Shown here one piece after another: positions 19,886 to 30,775 of a stretch of DNA of 64,000 bases. The stretch is from positions 19,833-83,832 of the forward strand of contig JBFRWN010000065.1 of the NCBI GenBank assembly GCA_051439605.1, read 5' to 3'. Each line of letters starts with the position of its first letter. Positions within the stretch are counted from its first letter, which is position 1. The notes under the pieces were generated by a model. That model was not told the DNA's origin and searched no databases. It was given only the letters and a program-made list of their open reading frames with translations. This stretch comes from Synechococcus sp. (GTDB taxonomy: Bacteria; Cyanobacteriota; Cyanobacteriia; Thermostichales; PCC-7336). The position numbers and the translations under genes are program-made.

Positions 19886-20488
19886 GGGCCTGACTCCTAA
19901 CCGTTCCGCATGTGATTCCCTCATATTCTAGACGCCGGTTACTCCCCAACATGCGGGAATTTGGGTGGGGTTCAAACTTGTTAGCCGTAGGGTCACATTC
20001 CGATCGGAGGTTTCATCGCTGAATAGCTTATTCGGAAGGTTGTTGAGGCTTTGATACATACCTGAAAGTGTTGCCAAAGCGTGAACCATGGCGCAGCTTC
20101 CACCTCAGCGTCAACCTGATTGTGGGTGATTATCCAGGTTAGGGAGATCGAGCTTTTTCATGAGGTGATAATTAGGACGAAATCATGCTCGGTCATGACA
20201 AATCTCGAGGGGACATTCTATGCCCCTGACTCAAAATGATTAGTAGAACCCTGTAAACCCAATTATCTGAGTGGTTTCACGATCATCATTACAGGGTGCG
20301 GCGAAGGGCGTCATGCACGCAGCAACATCACCTAGTCGGGAAATGGCTTTGCAAAACTGCCTACGAATCAACTTCATCCAGTTTTAGGCATGACGTCGCG
20401 GTGGACATTCACATTTATGTTCCTACAGCCTGAACGCTTACCATCCGGGTGTCATTCCCGATGGGGCAACGCGAACACTTCAAGCGAC

Positions 20489-21418
20489 TCAATACTTACC
20501 AGTGCGCTTATCGATCATGTCCGCTAGCAACGCAAACATCGAAATTTGAATGGAGGTGACAAATAAAATCAGCGTTGACTCAGTGAGATCGCTCAGCACG
20601 AACAGGTCTGCCCATAAGGAAACCAGAAATCCAATAAAAAATATCCCTGCAACCGGCAGGAAAATCCTTAATGGCGCAAAATACACCCCCGTTCTCAGCA
20701 CCAGTTGAATAAACCGCAGCGTATCCCGAATCGGTTGAATTTTGCTGCGACCAGCTCGGTGAAAATAGTTAATAGGCTCGTATCGAACGATATAGTTATT
20801 CGTTAACATTGCCAACGTAATCGTGGTGGTGAAGCTAAACGTATCCGGTAATATGCCAAAGAAATTCATCACCGAGCTTTTGCGAAATACCCGCATGCCG
20901 CTATTTAAATCGGGAATTTTCTGCTTCACAATCCATTGGGCGAAGTGGACGAGGAACCACTTGGGAATTTTCCGCAAATTGGAGTAGGTAACGTTTTCTC
21001 CCGTCCGCGCGCCTACCACCATGTCTGTATCTTGGGCAAGCCGAACCAAGTCAAGTAGGCGATCGCTCGGGTAAGTGCTGTCTGCATCGGTAATCGCAAC
21101 GAAGGGGTACTTAGCCCTAGCAATTCCAGTTTTTAAAGCAGCTCCGTAACCGCGATTTTCACTGTGGCGAATCAAGCGAATATCCTGCCTGGGGGCCAAA
21201 ATTTCGGGTGTGCGATCGCCGGACCCATCATCCACCACAATGACTTCATAACGACATTTGGAACTCTGTAGCACCCGATGCAAGTCATCTAGGGTTTGGG
21301 TTACCCCCTCTTCTTCGTTATAGACGGGAATCACCAGGGAAAACTCCAGCGGGCTCGAACGCGATAAATCACGGCGATCGTCCACACCGGACACAGGATA
21401 ATTAGAGATATTCCCCAT
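20489..21418 (-). CDS. Glycosyltransferase family 2 (DPM synthase-like)
   Basis: SLVIPVYNEE, VVDDGSGD, NRGYGAAL, TDAD, C-terminal TM helices. Confidence 0.9.
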   Translation of the reverse strand: MGNISNYPVSGVDDRRDLSRSSPLEFSLVIPVYNEEEGVTQTLDDLHRVLQSSKCRYEVIVVDDGSGDRTPEILAPRQDIRLIRHSENRGYGAALKTGIARAKYPFVAITDADSTYPSDRLLDLVRLAQDTDMVVGARTGENVTYSNLRKIPKWFLVHFAQWIVKQKIPDLNSGMRVFRKSSVMNFFGILPDTFSFTTTITLAMLTNNYIVRYEPINYFHRAGRSKIQPIRDTLRFIQLVLRTGVYFAPLRIFLPVAGIFFIGFLVSLWADLFVLSDLTESTLILFVTSIQISMFALLADMIDKRTGKY

Positions 21419-21513
21419 GAGCAAGCCTGAATAGCAGCAGCATCTTATCAAGATTTACTGCTTGGGGCAGATTCACACAGTCCTCGCCCCCTTTTCGATC
21501 TGTACCGCGATCG

Positions 21514-22710
21514 CTAGTGGGCGATCTTCCACAACAGCCAACCGGCGGCAGTCCAACCCACGACATTGGGTATCCAAGCGGCAATGAAGGGACTCACTGC
21601 ATCGCTTTGTCCCAGTCCTTGGGCAATTGAAAGCAACGCATAGTATAAGAAAATCACCAAGATGCTGAGGCTAAAGCCCAATGCACCATTGGTGCGCTGC
21701 AGCCGCATTCCCAGTGGTGCCCCTATCAGACCAAATGTTAGGCAGGCAAAAGGAATCGCATACTTCAACTGCAAATCCATCCGCAAGCCCCGAACCTTTT
21801 TACGCTGCCCCGCTTGCTCCTGAAGCCGAATATAGTCACGCATCTCGGCTATATTCATGCTTTCAGTATCCTGAGACATGCTGGCATCAATAGGAGTCCG
21901 GGGCAAATCTACAAGCTGCTGCTGAAACGGATCCACCGTGCGATAGGATCCATCATCGTTGATAACATATGTGGTGCCGTTGGTGAATTCCCAGACTTCA
22001 TCATCGCTTAACCAAACCCCTTTCTGGGCTATCACAATGGTGCGTTCCTCGGAGGTGAAATCCAGTAGCGTAATGCCACTCATAGTTTCCCCATCAAACC
22101 GGCGGGCGAAAAACAAGCGCTGCAACTTGCGGTTCTCATCTTCAGTAGAGTCGTTGTCGGTATTGAGGGTATCGCTACTCCCCAGCTCTTGATAAAGGAT
22201 ATTGTTGTTGCGAATGTTCACGTGTGCACCCAGCACTTGAGCCGTCATCTCCTCCACCTGTCGGCTAGTTCCTGGCACAATGACCTCGTTGAACGCAAAG
22301 GTCAATCCCGTTACCAACAAGCTCATCACAACCGCAGGCACAATTAAGCGCAAAGGACTGACTCCACAGCTGCGCAAGGCCACTAGTTCGCTGTCTGCAG
22401 ACATGCGATTGTAGACAATCAACGTCGCCAACAGTACTGACATTGGAAAGGTCAACACAATAATTTTGGGCATGCTCAGCAGGTAAAGCTGAACACCCAC
22501 CAGCAGAGGCAGCCCATCGCCCACCCACCGAAGAATTTTAAACAAAGATTCAATGGTCGAGCCCACACCAGTAAAGGCAACTACTCCAAATAAAAATGGC
22601 ACTATCATCTGCTTGAGAGCATAGCTATCAAACAGACCAACAGACCACCATCCGATCTTTATCGTGGGGGCGATAGGTTTTTGGGGCGGGGATCTAAATG
22701 TTACAGCCAA
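21514..22710 (-). CDS. LptF/LptG family permease (Ycf84-like)
   Basis: PMSVLLATL..YNRMSADSELVALRSCGVS, PFACLTFGLIGAPLG, AAWIPN. Confidence 0.9.
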   Translation of the reverse strand: MAVTFRSPPQKPIAPTIKIGWWSVGLFDSYALKQMIVPFLFGVVAFTGVGSTIESLFKILRWVGDGLPLLVGVQLYLLSMPKIIVLTFPMSVLLATLIVYNRMSADSELVALRSCGVSPLRLIVPAVVMSLLVTGLTFAFNEVIVPGTSRQVEEMTAQVLGAHVNIRNNNILYQELGSSDTLNTDNDSTEDENRKLQRLFFARRFDGETMSGITLLDFTSEERTIVIAQKGVWLSDDEVWEFTNGTTYVINDDGSYRTVDPFQQQLVDLPRTPIDASMSQDTESMNIAEMRDYIRLQEQAGQRKKVRGLRMDLQLKYAIPFACLTFGLIGAPLGMRLQRTNGALGFSLSILVIFLYYALLSIAQGLGQSDAVSPFIAAWIPNVVGWTAAGWLLWKIAH

Positions 22711-23069
22711 GACAATACTCTCCTTGGGCTGGCAAAAACAAGCGATAAATGACCCTAGGAGGAATGCGGCGTCCGCTGGCAGGCACGACAGACAGGGGTC
22801 AAATTGAATCTATTAAAAAGCCTATTCGATCGATAAATCGCTTGACTACCGATCTAACGTCATAGGGTATTATCGGCCGAAAGCGAGTGTTCGGCCAAAC
22901 TCTGCAACCAGAGTGGCGGTAAGGCGAGCGATCCCGAGTAACCAATGGAAGCCTATGGGTAACTTAATGTGCCCTTCCCAGTTTAGAACCTTGCGTCAGA
23001 GCCGTGCTTTTTAGGCTGTCCAATAGCTTTCAGCATGTATTGATAAGTTTCTAAGTGACGTCAGTTTAC

Positions 23070-24293
23070 TTACGCAGCCAGCGATCGCCATAGCAAGTTC
23101 CCCGAACCGCCCACCGAACGCATCAGTCCCCAACGGACATCATTGGGCGCCTGCCCAAACAACCCCAACATGGCCCGCACCAGCTCGGGGGAGGAAAGGG
23201 TATCGCTTAAAAATCCAGACCAATCTGGCTGGGGCAAGCGGAAGAAAGTATGGAAGTGATGGTTCAGTCGGTCAGCTTCAAATCCCATCAAAGCATCCAA
23301 CCCGAACAGATAGAGATAGTGCTTGCGTAGGCGATCGCGCGTCCACAAGCCCTGCCAGCCTGCTCTAGCAATCTCCGCAGGGCTGCGATCGGAATCCCCT
23401 AGGGCCTGGGCCACGCTTGCAGCCATCTCCGGCGCCCGCCTCAGTAATGCTCCGACCATATAACCCGAGGCAGGATGCACCATACTAGCTGCCCCCCCAA
23501 AACCCAGCACGGGCTGCGAGAAATCTGGCAGGGGCAAGTTCATGGGAAACATACAGCGTTCCACATGATGAACCTCAGTCACTTCGACATGTGACTGCGC
23601 TAAACGCTGGTGCAAGCGTTGTTCCAATACCTCAAAAGACACCGCGGGACTATAGGCAAGAGAAGTTTCCTCCACAAAGAAGAACCCTTTGCCCAGATCC
23701 ATGGCATAGAGAAACGTGGGGGGAAGGCAGCGCTCATCCGGCGTGAGATGGTCGCTGCGATAATCCATCAAGACAAACTGATTGGGTTTAATCGGGGGCT
23801 TGGAAAACTGACCGACAATGCCGTAGGCCATCTGGTAGGCCACATTCTGTTTGCGAGGTCGGCGCACAAACGCAGGTTTATGGCCACTAGCGTCGATCGC
23901 AATCCGTGCTTGAATCGTCCGACCATCCGCAGTCGCCACGGTGGAAGTGCGATCGTTATGATGAATGGACGTCGCTTTGTCCGTAAACCACTTCACCTTC
24001 TGGGTGCGATCGAGTAAATGCTGCTGAAGTTGTTGTTTGTCAAATAATCCGTAGGCCCGGGAATGGCGGGTCACCGAAGCATCAAAATACGACACGCAGT
24101 TTGTCCAGCAGTGCCCTAACAGATGGATGAGGTTGAGATCCTCCAATTCATCCCGCCAAATTCCGTAGGTATTTTCCCAAGGGGTAGCAGAGCACTGAGG
24201 ACTGAGGGCAGCAACCGAAAGTCCTAAATCGCAGAGGGATGCAGCAATGGACAACCCGGCAGGGCCAGAACCGATAACAAGAGCATCAAACAG
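23070..24293 (-). CDS. crtL: CrtL-type lycopene cyclase
   Basis: DALVIGSGPAG Rossmann motif, WENTYGIW, LMDYR, PTFLYAM, FVEETSL, HPASGY; probable CTG start (alternative TTG at 24344). Confidence 0.88.
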   Translation of the reverse strand: MFDALVIGSGPAGLSIAASLCDLGLSVAALSPQCSATPWENTYGIWRDELEDLNLIHLLGHCWTNCVSYFDASVTRHSRAYGLFDKQQLQQHLLDRTQKVKWFTDKATSIHHNDRTSTVATADGRTIQARIAIDASGHKPAFVRRPRKQNVAYQMAYGIVGQFSKPPIKPNQFVLMDYRSDHLTPDERCLPPTFLYAMDLGKGFFFVEETSLAYSPAVSFEVLEQRLHQRLAQSHVEVTEVHHVERCMFPMNLPLPDFSQPVLGFGGAASMVHPASGYMVGALLRRAPEMAASVAQALGDSDRSPAEIARAGWQGLWTRDRLRKHYLYLFGLDALMGFEADRLNHHFHTFFRLPQPDWSGFLSDTLSSPELVRAMLGLFGQAPNDVRWGLMRSVGGSGNLLWRSLAA

Positions 24294-24592
24294 CGGTTTA
24301 TTCCTCCTACAACAGCTACATCGCAGGCTATTGACTGCTTTCAAAATAACTTACCAGCGATCGCGACTCTCCCCATCAGCCAGTCTTGAGAGAGAAAGTG
24401 TATTGCCCCTAGTTTTTGCCTTTGAACAGCTGTCCCGTTGCCGAATCTAAGTGATTTACAACCGAATCAGTCGAGACAAGGTATGCAGGCCTACGGTCAA
24501 CATTTGCAAACCCAGCAGTATTCTGGTTTGAGTCCTCCGCATGGACCACACTGAACGTCCACCTTACCGCTCTTTCACCGAACACAATCTCT

Positions 24593-25048
24593 ATGTCCCA
24601 ATTATGGAGAATTGCCCGCACCTTTGTGAGGCTATTGCTACGGCGGCCTTTACCAGGCACCAGTATTGTTCCGGTGCTCGACGATGGACGGGTTGTACTA
24701 GTTCAGCGGCGTGACAGTCAGAGATGGGCATTGCCAGGGGGGTTAGTGGATTGGGGAGAAGATATTCGCGCCGCTGCCCAACGGGAACTCAAGGAAGAAA
24801 CGGGGCTTGAGATGACAGACACAGCTCAGCTGGTTGGGGTGTACTCAAGTCGGGATCGCGATCCGCGCATGCACTCAATCTGTATTGCGGTTACTGCTCG
24901 GGTGCAGGGAGAGTTTCAAATTTCTGATACCGCTGAAATAATGGCAGTTAGGGCATTCTCAAGGCAGGACATTCCCTTAGAGTCTCTAGCTCACGACCAT
25001 ACCCAGCAACTATCCGACTACTTTAGTGGAATAGTTGGACTTTCGTAA
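24593..25048 (+). CDS. Nudix hydrolase
   Basis: Nudix box GGLVDWGEDIRAAAQRELKEETG. Confidence 0.92.
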   Translation: MSQLWRIARTFVRLLLRRPLPGTSIVPVLDDGRVVLVQRRDSQRWALPGGLVDWGEDIRAAAQRELKEETGLEMTDTAQLVGVYSSRDRDPRMHSICIAVTARVQGEFQISDTAEIMAVRAFSRQDIPLESLAHDHTQQLSDYFSGIVGLS

Positions 25049-25058
25049 CGGCCCCCTT

Positions 25059-25155
25059 TATGGCTGTAGCTATTTCATCTAGCCCAGCAAAGACGAGTCC
25101 AACTCAAGATTGCGACTGCTCAAATGTCCTTGGCCGTTTGACAGCCCCGCTACTA
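25059..25155 (+). repeat. MITE-like dispersed repeat, copy C (degenerate)
   Basis: TATGGCTGTAGCTATTTCA ... AAATGTCC..TTGAC..CGCTA; same layout and length as copies A and D. Confidence 0.55.
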
Positions 25156-25169
25156 GCGAATCTCAAAAC

Positions 25170-25196
25170 AAAAAAGAGGAGCCATGTGACTCCCCT
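25170..25196 (-). terminator. petBD terminator
   Basis: Minus strand AGGGGAGTC-acat-GGCTCCTCT followed by a T-run. Confidence 0.65.
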
Positions 25197-25235
25197 AACA
25201 GAATGAATTCTGAAAACTAGAAGAATGGATTCAGC

Positions 25236-25718
25236 TTAAAACAGTCCCAAGGAGAGGGACTTGTCGAGGGGTAGGGTTGCACCAATGCCCATATACAGCG
25301 CGAATACAGTGCCAAACAAAAATACTGCAGTGGCAACAGGGCGACGTAGTGGGTTCTGGAACTTGTTAACGTTCTCAATGAAAGGAACGAATAGCAGACC
25401 GGCTGGAATAGCGCTCATCAGTGCGATACCGAGTAGCTTGTTAGGAGCAATCCGCAGCAACTGGAATGCAGGGTACAAGTACCACTCAGGCAGAATTTCC
25501 AGGGGAGTTGCAAACGGATCTGCTGCTTCGCCTACACCAGCAGGCTCCATCACAGCAAAAGCTACAACCATAGCGATGGTTCCCAAAATTACAACCGGGA
25601 ACATAAACAGCAGGTCGTTGGGCCAAGCGGGCTCACCGTAGGTCATGTGACCCATGTTTTTTTCGAGCTTGGCGCGAACCTTGGGATTATCAAGATCGAC
25701 TTTTCTAATAACGGGCAT
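25236..25718 (-). CDS. petD: Cytochrome b6-f complex subunit IV
   Basis: [31 protein letters not shown]. Confidence 0.98.
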   Translation of the reverse strand: MPVIRKVDLDNPKVRAKLEKNMGHMTYGEPAWPNDLLFMFPVVILGTIAMVVAFAVMEPAGVGEAADPFATPLEILPEWYLYPAFQLLRIAPNKLLGIALMSAIPAGLLFVPFIENVNKFQNPLRRPVATAVFLFGTVFALYMGIGATLPLDKSLSLGLF

Positions 25719-25804
25719 GGCAAGAACTCTCTACTCGTGCAAATACAAACGTAAAAAACGAGATGGTAAGGCTCACACTAGCCTCACCATCCAAATTTAT
25801 GAAT

Positions 25805-26452
25805 TTACAAGGGGCCGGAGATACCCTGCTTACGAATCATCAAGAAGTGCATCAGCATGAAGACGGCAATCAGCCAAGGAAGCACGAAGGTGTGCAAGCT
25901 GTAGAAACGAGTCAAGGTAGCTTGGCCAACGCTCTCGCTACCGCGAATGAGCTCAACCAGGGTGCCGCCTACAACGGGAATCGCACTGGGAACACCAGAT
26001 ACAATTTTTACAGCCCAGTAACCAACTTGGTCCCAAGGAAGAGAGTAACCAGTAACGCCGAAAGAAACGGTGATTACCGCAAGGATGACTCCAGTCACCC
26101 AGGTTAGTTCGCGGGGCTTTTTGAATCCGCCGGTCAAATACACACGGAAGGTGTGCAAAATCATTACAAGCACCATCATGGAAGCACTCCAGCGGTGGAT
26201 GGAGCGAATCAGCCAACCAAAGTTGACCTGCTGCATGATGAAATTAACCGATTCAAACGCCTCAGCTACAGTGGGCTTGTAGTAAAAGGTCATCGCAAAA
26301 CCGGTTGCAAACTGAATGATGAAGCAAACCAGCGTGACGCCACCTAAGCAGTAAAAAATATTGACGTGCGGGGGAATAAACTTACCAGTTGCATCATCCA
26401 CAAAGGGGGTCAGCTCCAGCCGCTCGTCTAACCAGTCATAAACCTTCGCCAT
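25805..26452 (-). CDS. petB: Cytochrome b6
   Basis: [41 protein letters not shown]. Confidence 0.98.
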   Translation of the reverse strand: MAKVYDWLDERLELTPFVDDATGKFIPPHVNIFYCLGGVTLVCFIIQFATGFAMTFYYKPTVAEAFESVNFIMQQVNFGWLIRSIHRWSASMMVLVMILHTFRVYLTGGFKKPRELTWVTGVILAVITVSFGVTGYSLPWDQVGYWAVKIVSGVPSAIPVVGGTLVELIRGSESVGQATLTRFYSLHTFVLPWLIAVFMLMHFLMIRKQGISGPL

Positions 26453-26678
26453 AAAAGTTAAACCTTAAGTGCAAATCCTCTCCAGATATGAAATCACCCT
26501 ATCACAGACCGCCTTAATTGTAGCCTTGTGTAAACTATGCATACCTACAGTTACATTCCTGCTCGATCCTTGCCAAATAGAGCATTGAACTCACTTCTAA
26601 CTACCAACTAGAGTGGCGATCTCCAGTTAGGGCAGATAATAATATTCAGGTTCGGCTATCTCTGCTTCGCAGTTTTTT

Positions 26679-28001
26679 ATGACGCTCTTATTTACATCAA
26701 TAACCACAATTATCGCTGTGGCTCAGCAGAGTGCCCGTTGGCTGAAGGCTGGGGCAAAGCTGTTGCCCCAACGACAGCTGTTCCTTGTTATGGTGGTGCT
26801 TCTCAGCTGTTTTAACCTGACAGCCTGCCAACCGCGTCCTAGCTGGGGTGAAGAGCAGAAACTGTTAGCACAGGTGTGGACAACCATTGACCGTGCCTAT
26901 GTGGACCCCACCTTCAATCAACAGGACTGGTGGGAAGTGCGACAAACTTACCTGCGCCAGCCGATGTCTACGCCATACGCTGCCTATCAGCAGATTGAGG
27001 CTATGCTCTCGACGCTTGAGGATCCCTTCACTCGCTTTTTGCCCCCCGCCAACTACCGCAGCCTGCAGACATCTACCGCTGGAGAGCTGAATGGAGTGGG
27101 ATTGCAAATTGCAATGGACAATGCAGGGACAATTCGAGTCATTGCTCCTCTTGAGGGCACGCCAGCCGATCGCGCAGGTTTACAACCGGATGACAGAATT
27201 CTGACAATTGACGATATTGCCGTCGATAGCTGGACCTTGGATGAAGTCGCTAACCACTTGCGTGGAGCAGCCAATACCAGCGTTTACCTCAAGCTCGAGC
27301 GGGATGACCGCGAATTTGAGGTCAAACTCAAACGAGAGGCGATCGAAATTAATCCCGTGCGCAGCAAAATCATCCCTAGAGCTATAGATCGACAGAATGT
27401 CGCGTATATTCGCCTCAATCAGTTCAATGGTAATGCCGTTAGCGAGATGCAGGTGGCTATCGATCGGGCAGAAGCGCAATCCGTTGCTGGCTACGTTCTC
27501 GATTTGCGGGGCAACCCTGGGGGATTGTTGCGGGCGGGAATTGAAATTGCTCAAATGTGGATTAATGAAGGCCCTATCGTCTACACCATCGATCGCAATG
27601 GAATTAGCGACAGCGCTGACGCAACTGCAACGATTCTGACGGATAAGCCGATGGTGGTGCTGGTCAACAAAGGGACAGCAAGTGCGGCAGAGGTACTTGC
27701 GGGTGCCATACAAGATAGCGGTAGGGGGCTATTGGTCGGAACGCGGACCTTTGGTAAGGGGCTGATCCAATCCCTCTTCGACATGCCTGATGGAGCTGGG
27801 CTTGCAGTCACTGTCGCTAAATATGCCACCCCCAGCGGTCGCGATATCAACAGGCTTGGCATCGAACCTAATTATTTAGTCAGCCTGGAAAACAACCGGA
27901 CGCTGGAACGAAAGGAACTGGCAACGGAACGAGATCCTCAATTTACCGAGGCCCTAGAGGTCCTAAGGCAACAGTTGACGCTGCCAGAAACTGCAATCTA
28001 A
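26679..28001 (+). CDS. ctpA: Carboxyl-terminal processing protease (S41A, CtpA-like)
   Basis: PDZ domain, DLRGNPGG, TASAAE, TFGKGLIQ; divergent from petB; exact start uncertain. Confidence 0.85.
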   Translation: MTLLFTSITTIIAVAQQSARWLKAGAKLLPQRQLFLVMVVLLSCFNLTACQPRPSWGEEQKLLAQVWTTIDRAYVDPTFNQQDWWEVRQTYLRQPMSTPYAAYQQIEAMLSTLEDPFTRFLPPANYRSLQTSTAGELNGVGLQIAMDNAGTIRVIAPLEGTPADRAGLQPDDRILTIDDIAVDSWTLDEVANHLRGAANTSVYLKLERDDREFEVKLKREAIEINPVRSKIIPRAIDRQNVAYIRLNQFNGNAVSEMQVAIDRAEAQSVAGYVLDLRGNPGGLLRAGIEIAQMWINEGPIVYTIDRNGISDSADATATILTDKPMVVLVNKGTASAAEVLAGAIQDSGRGLLVGTRTFGKGLIQSLFDMPDGAGLAVTVAKYATPSGRDINRLGIEPNYLVSLENNRTLERKELATERDPQFTEALEVLRQQLTLPETAI

Positions 28002-28290
28002 CTGGATCTGCAACTTCCTGCCGAGATACTTGCCCTTCTCAGTAATATTTTGAACCAAAAGTATGGTCTAAACAACCGTTTTCTAGCGGTGCATGCACCT
28101 ATGTGGGCTAGGAAGATAAAACAATCCTGTCAAGGTTATGCCATCAATCGGTACTCAATTGTTCAGTGGCTTTCGCTTATATCCTCTCTACAATTATGAG
28201 TACACATTGTTAATGGGCCGTGCATCCAGATCCCTTTTTAGATCCAGAACGCCTGAGAGCATTGATGTTAGTTATGAGTTTCCGGGCTAT

Positions 28291-29133
28291 ATGACAGTGA
28301 AATTATCGGACACCGCAAGTGGTTTGCTACCGCGAGCTGAGTTGTTGAAAGGAGTCGAAAATCGTGTAGTTGTCGCCCGTACTATCGATCTAGCCGAACA
28401 AGCTCTAAAAAATTGGGAAATTGTCTGTTCGGATTTCCTCTCCCCCCCAGAGATTGATGAGGCTCTTTCGGTATTAGACTCCCTCACTGAGGTAGAAGCT
28501 ATTGCATGGGGGGGCTACCCGCAGGCAGAGCGGCAAAGACTGGCGATCGCTCGTCCATCTATCCTGATTAATCCCGATCCCAACTGCCCCAACGATTTTG
28601 CTCGGGCAGTGGTAGAAATGGCAGCTGTCGAAATACGCGGTAATTTCCTCTTCGATACTGCTACCCATCGCGACTTTTTAGGCTCAATTTTGGGCACTGG
28701 TATTGTGCGGGAAAAGGTGGGTGACATCCTGCTTTTGGGGGAACAGGGAGCCCAAGTCTTGGTTTCCCCCCAGCTCGTACCGCATCTAGAGATGAACCTC
28801 ACCCAAGTGAGATCGGTCCCTGTTAAAGCCAAGGCAATCTCTTTAGATGAACTGCGGGTACGTCCCCCCAGAACCAAAGCTCTAACAACTGTTGAAGCTT
28901 CAATGCGCTTGGATGCGATCGCCTCAGCAGGGTTTAGTTCTTCTCGTAATCGCATTGCCGGAGATATTCAGGCAGGGGATGTCAAGGTGAATTGGAAAAC
29001 AATCACGCAAGCTAGCCGTCCTGTCAACACCGGAGACTTAATTACTATTCGTGGCCGAGGTCGAGTCCAAGTGGGGGACGTCACTAAGACGAAAAAAGGT
29101 CGATATCGAGTAGAGCTAACTCGATATCTCTAG
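28291..29133 (+). CDS. Photosystem II S4-domain protein (YlmH/Sll1252 family)
   Basis: LPRAELL, GGYPQAERQR, GNFLFDTATHRDFLG, EASMRLDAIAS; start approximate. Confidence 0.88.
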   Translation: MTVKLSDTASGLLPRAELLKGVENRVVVARTIDLAEQALKNWEIVCSDFLSPPEIDEALSVLDSLTEVEAIAWGGYPQAERQRLAIARPSILINPDPNCPNDFARAVVEMAAVEIRGNFLFDTATHRDFLGSILGTGIVREKVGDILLLGEQGAQVLVSPQLVPHLEMNLTQVRSVPVKAKAISLDELRVRPPRTKALTTVEASMRLDAIASAGFSSSRNRIAGDIQAGDVKVNWKTITQASRPVNTGDLITIRGRGRVQVGDVTKTKKGRYRVELTRYL

Positions 29134-29196
29134 TGTTAGCTGATATGACCGTTCTGGAATAGAGACAGTTTGCAACTATCCTCGGGATTGCAACAT

Positions 29197-29805
29197 CTAT
29201 AAAAGAGAGTCTTTAACAAAGGACAGAAGGTTAAAACCGATTGTCAAAATCAAGCCAGTTACTAGCAGGCCGAAGGCCGATAGTGTTACACCAATGCTGG
29301 AAACAATGCCATCTTCGTCCAATAAACCTACGCCAATGATGAATATGGACATAGCAGGTATGGTGTTAGTCCCTGGAATGGGAATCATCATGGAAATTGC
29401 CATAAGTGAGATCGCTACGGCCAAGGCCCGATGACCTACCCTACTGCGACAAATCCAGCTCCATCGGGGGCGAGAAAGCAGCTCAACCTTTTTGAGGATC
29501 CAGCTGCCTTTTTCCAGGACCACTTTCGCAAAATTCGTGGGGATCGACCACCGTTGTACTTGCTCTGGCAACCAAGGTTCATGGTAACCAACCATCATTT
29601 GAGAAGCTAGGAAGAATAAAAGGACGCCGAAGGGGATGGAATAGCCTGCGGCCGGAGCAGGAACCCCAGAGGGCAGCGCCAGCAGTGCTAAAAAGAAACC
29701 AAACCCTCGCTCTCCGGCCATGTGCTGCAATTCCAGCAAAGAGATTCGCTCCCCCCGTTCGGGATCCTGTAAAAATGCGTCGAGGTCAGCAGACAGTTTG
29801 GCCAT
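29197..29805 (-). CDS. Exopolysaccharide synthesis ExoD family protein
   Basis: GERGFG..LALLALP, PWLP, IPIPGTNTIPA, EDG. Confidence 0.85.
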   Translation of the reverse strand: MAKLSADLDAFLQDPERGERISLLELQHMAGERGFGFFLALLALPSGVPAPAAGYSIPFGVLLFFLASQMMVGYHEPWLPEQVQRWSIPTNFAKVVLEKGSWILKKVELLSRPRWSWICRSRVGHRALAVAISLMAISMMIPIPGTNTIPAMSIFIIGVGLLDEDGIVSSIGVTLSAFGLLVTGLILTIGFNLLSFVKDSLL

Positions 29806-30064
29806 AGCAGTCAGTGAATCACTTGGTTAGGGAAGAAATACTTAGCGATTGCTGTAAGCATCCTGACAGAAAAAGCGATCGCGCAGAAGGGTAAAAATCG
29901 CTTTAGTCTGGATAAGCGTGGCAATTGCAATCGCGAACAGTTCAATGAAGGTGGGCGGTGTCACCCCGCTCAATGTTCTCGTTCAAGAAATGCCCTAAAC
30001 GATTTTCTGGTCGCTACGCGGCCTCATGCTCATTTGATCGGATGTAATTTCCCAATTCCCAACT

Positions 30065-30436
30065 ATGGCTACTAATACACATACCGTACGGATTTTTCAT
30101 CGCCAAGACAACAAACACTACACCGTTCAGGTGCCCGGCGATCGCTATATTTTGCAGGCCGCAGAGGAATTGGGAGCAGAGCTACCATTCTCCTGCCGTA
30201 ATGGAGCTTGCACCGCCTGTGCGGTTCGCATCAAGTCTGGGGAAATTTTTCAACCGGAGGCCATGGGCCTCTCAAGGGATTTAAAAAAGCAAGGGTACGC
30301 GTTGCTTTGCGTCAGCTACGCCTGTAGCGATCTCGAAGTGGAAACCCAAGACGAAGACGAGGTCTACGAACTGCAATTTGGTCGTTACTTTGGTAAAGGC
30401 AAGACTAGGCTCGGGCTCCCACTGGACGAAGAATAA
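30065..30436 (+). CDS. 2Fe-2S ferredoxin, Fed2/FdC2 type
   Basis: CRNGACTAC...LLC; C-terminal EDEVYELQFGRYF..GLPLDEE. Confidence 0.9.
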   Translation: MATNTHTVRIFHRQDNKHYTVQVPGDRYILQAAEELGAELPFSCRNGACTACAVRIKSGEIFQPEAMGLSRDLKKQGYALLCVSYACSDLEVETQDEDEVYELQFGRYFGKGKTRLGLPLDEE

Positions 30437-30665
30437 GGTTCTAACGGTGCAAGGATGCCGTCAGTAGAACTACCCACCGCAGCGTCCCTTGAGTTGATTA
30501 GAACAGTGTTGGTGAAGGGGAGCCCCTTTGAATCCTTTCTCTTGCAGTTCTGACTGACAGTCCCAGAACTATTTCCGAAGGCAACATTCTTGCGAAGACA
30601 AGGATTGGGGATGTCCGTGGACAGTATCTGCTTCCCAGACATGTTTGAGTGCTGCTAGCTACTTA

Positions 30666-30699
30666 AAAAGACGGACTTCCATTTGGAAGACCGTCTTTT
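30666..30699. terminator. Bidirectional terminator
   Basis: AAAAGACGG-A-CTTCC-attt-GGAAG-A-CCGTCTTTT between convergent ferredoxin and psbM. Confidence 0.7.
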
Positions 30700-30775
30700 G
30701 CAAAAAACGAGAGTTCAATTGATGAAGCTAGGATTGAGCTTGAGCGTCCGCCCAGCCTTGAGGAGAACTCGAGTC

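Noticed and set aside
27670..27700. CtpA ASAAE instead of ASASE as a possibly inactive protease
   Set aside because: The catalytic Ser is the first Ser of the motif and is retained, as is the Lys of FGKG.
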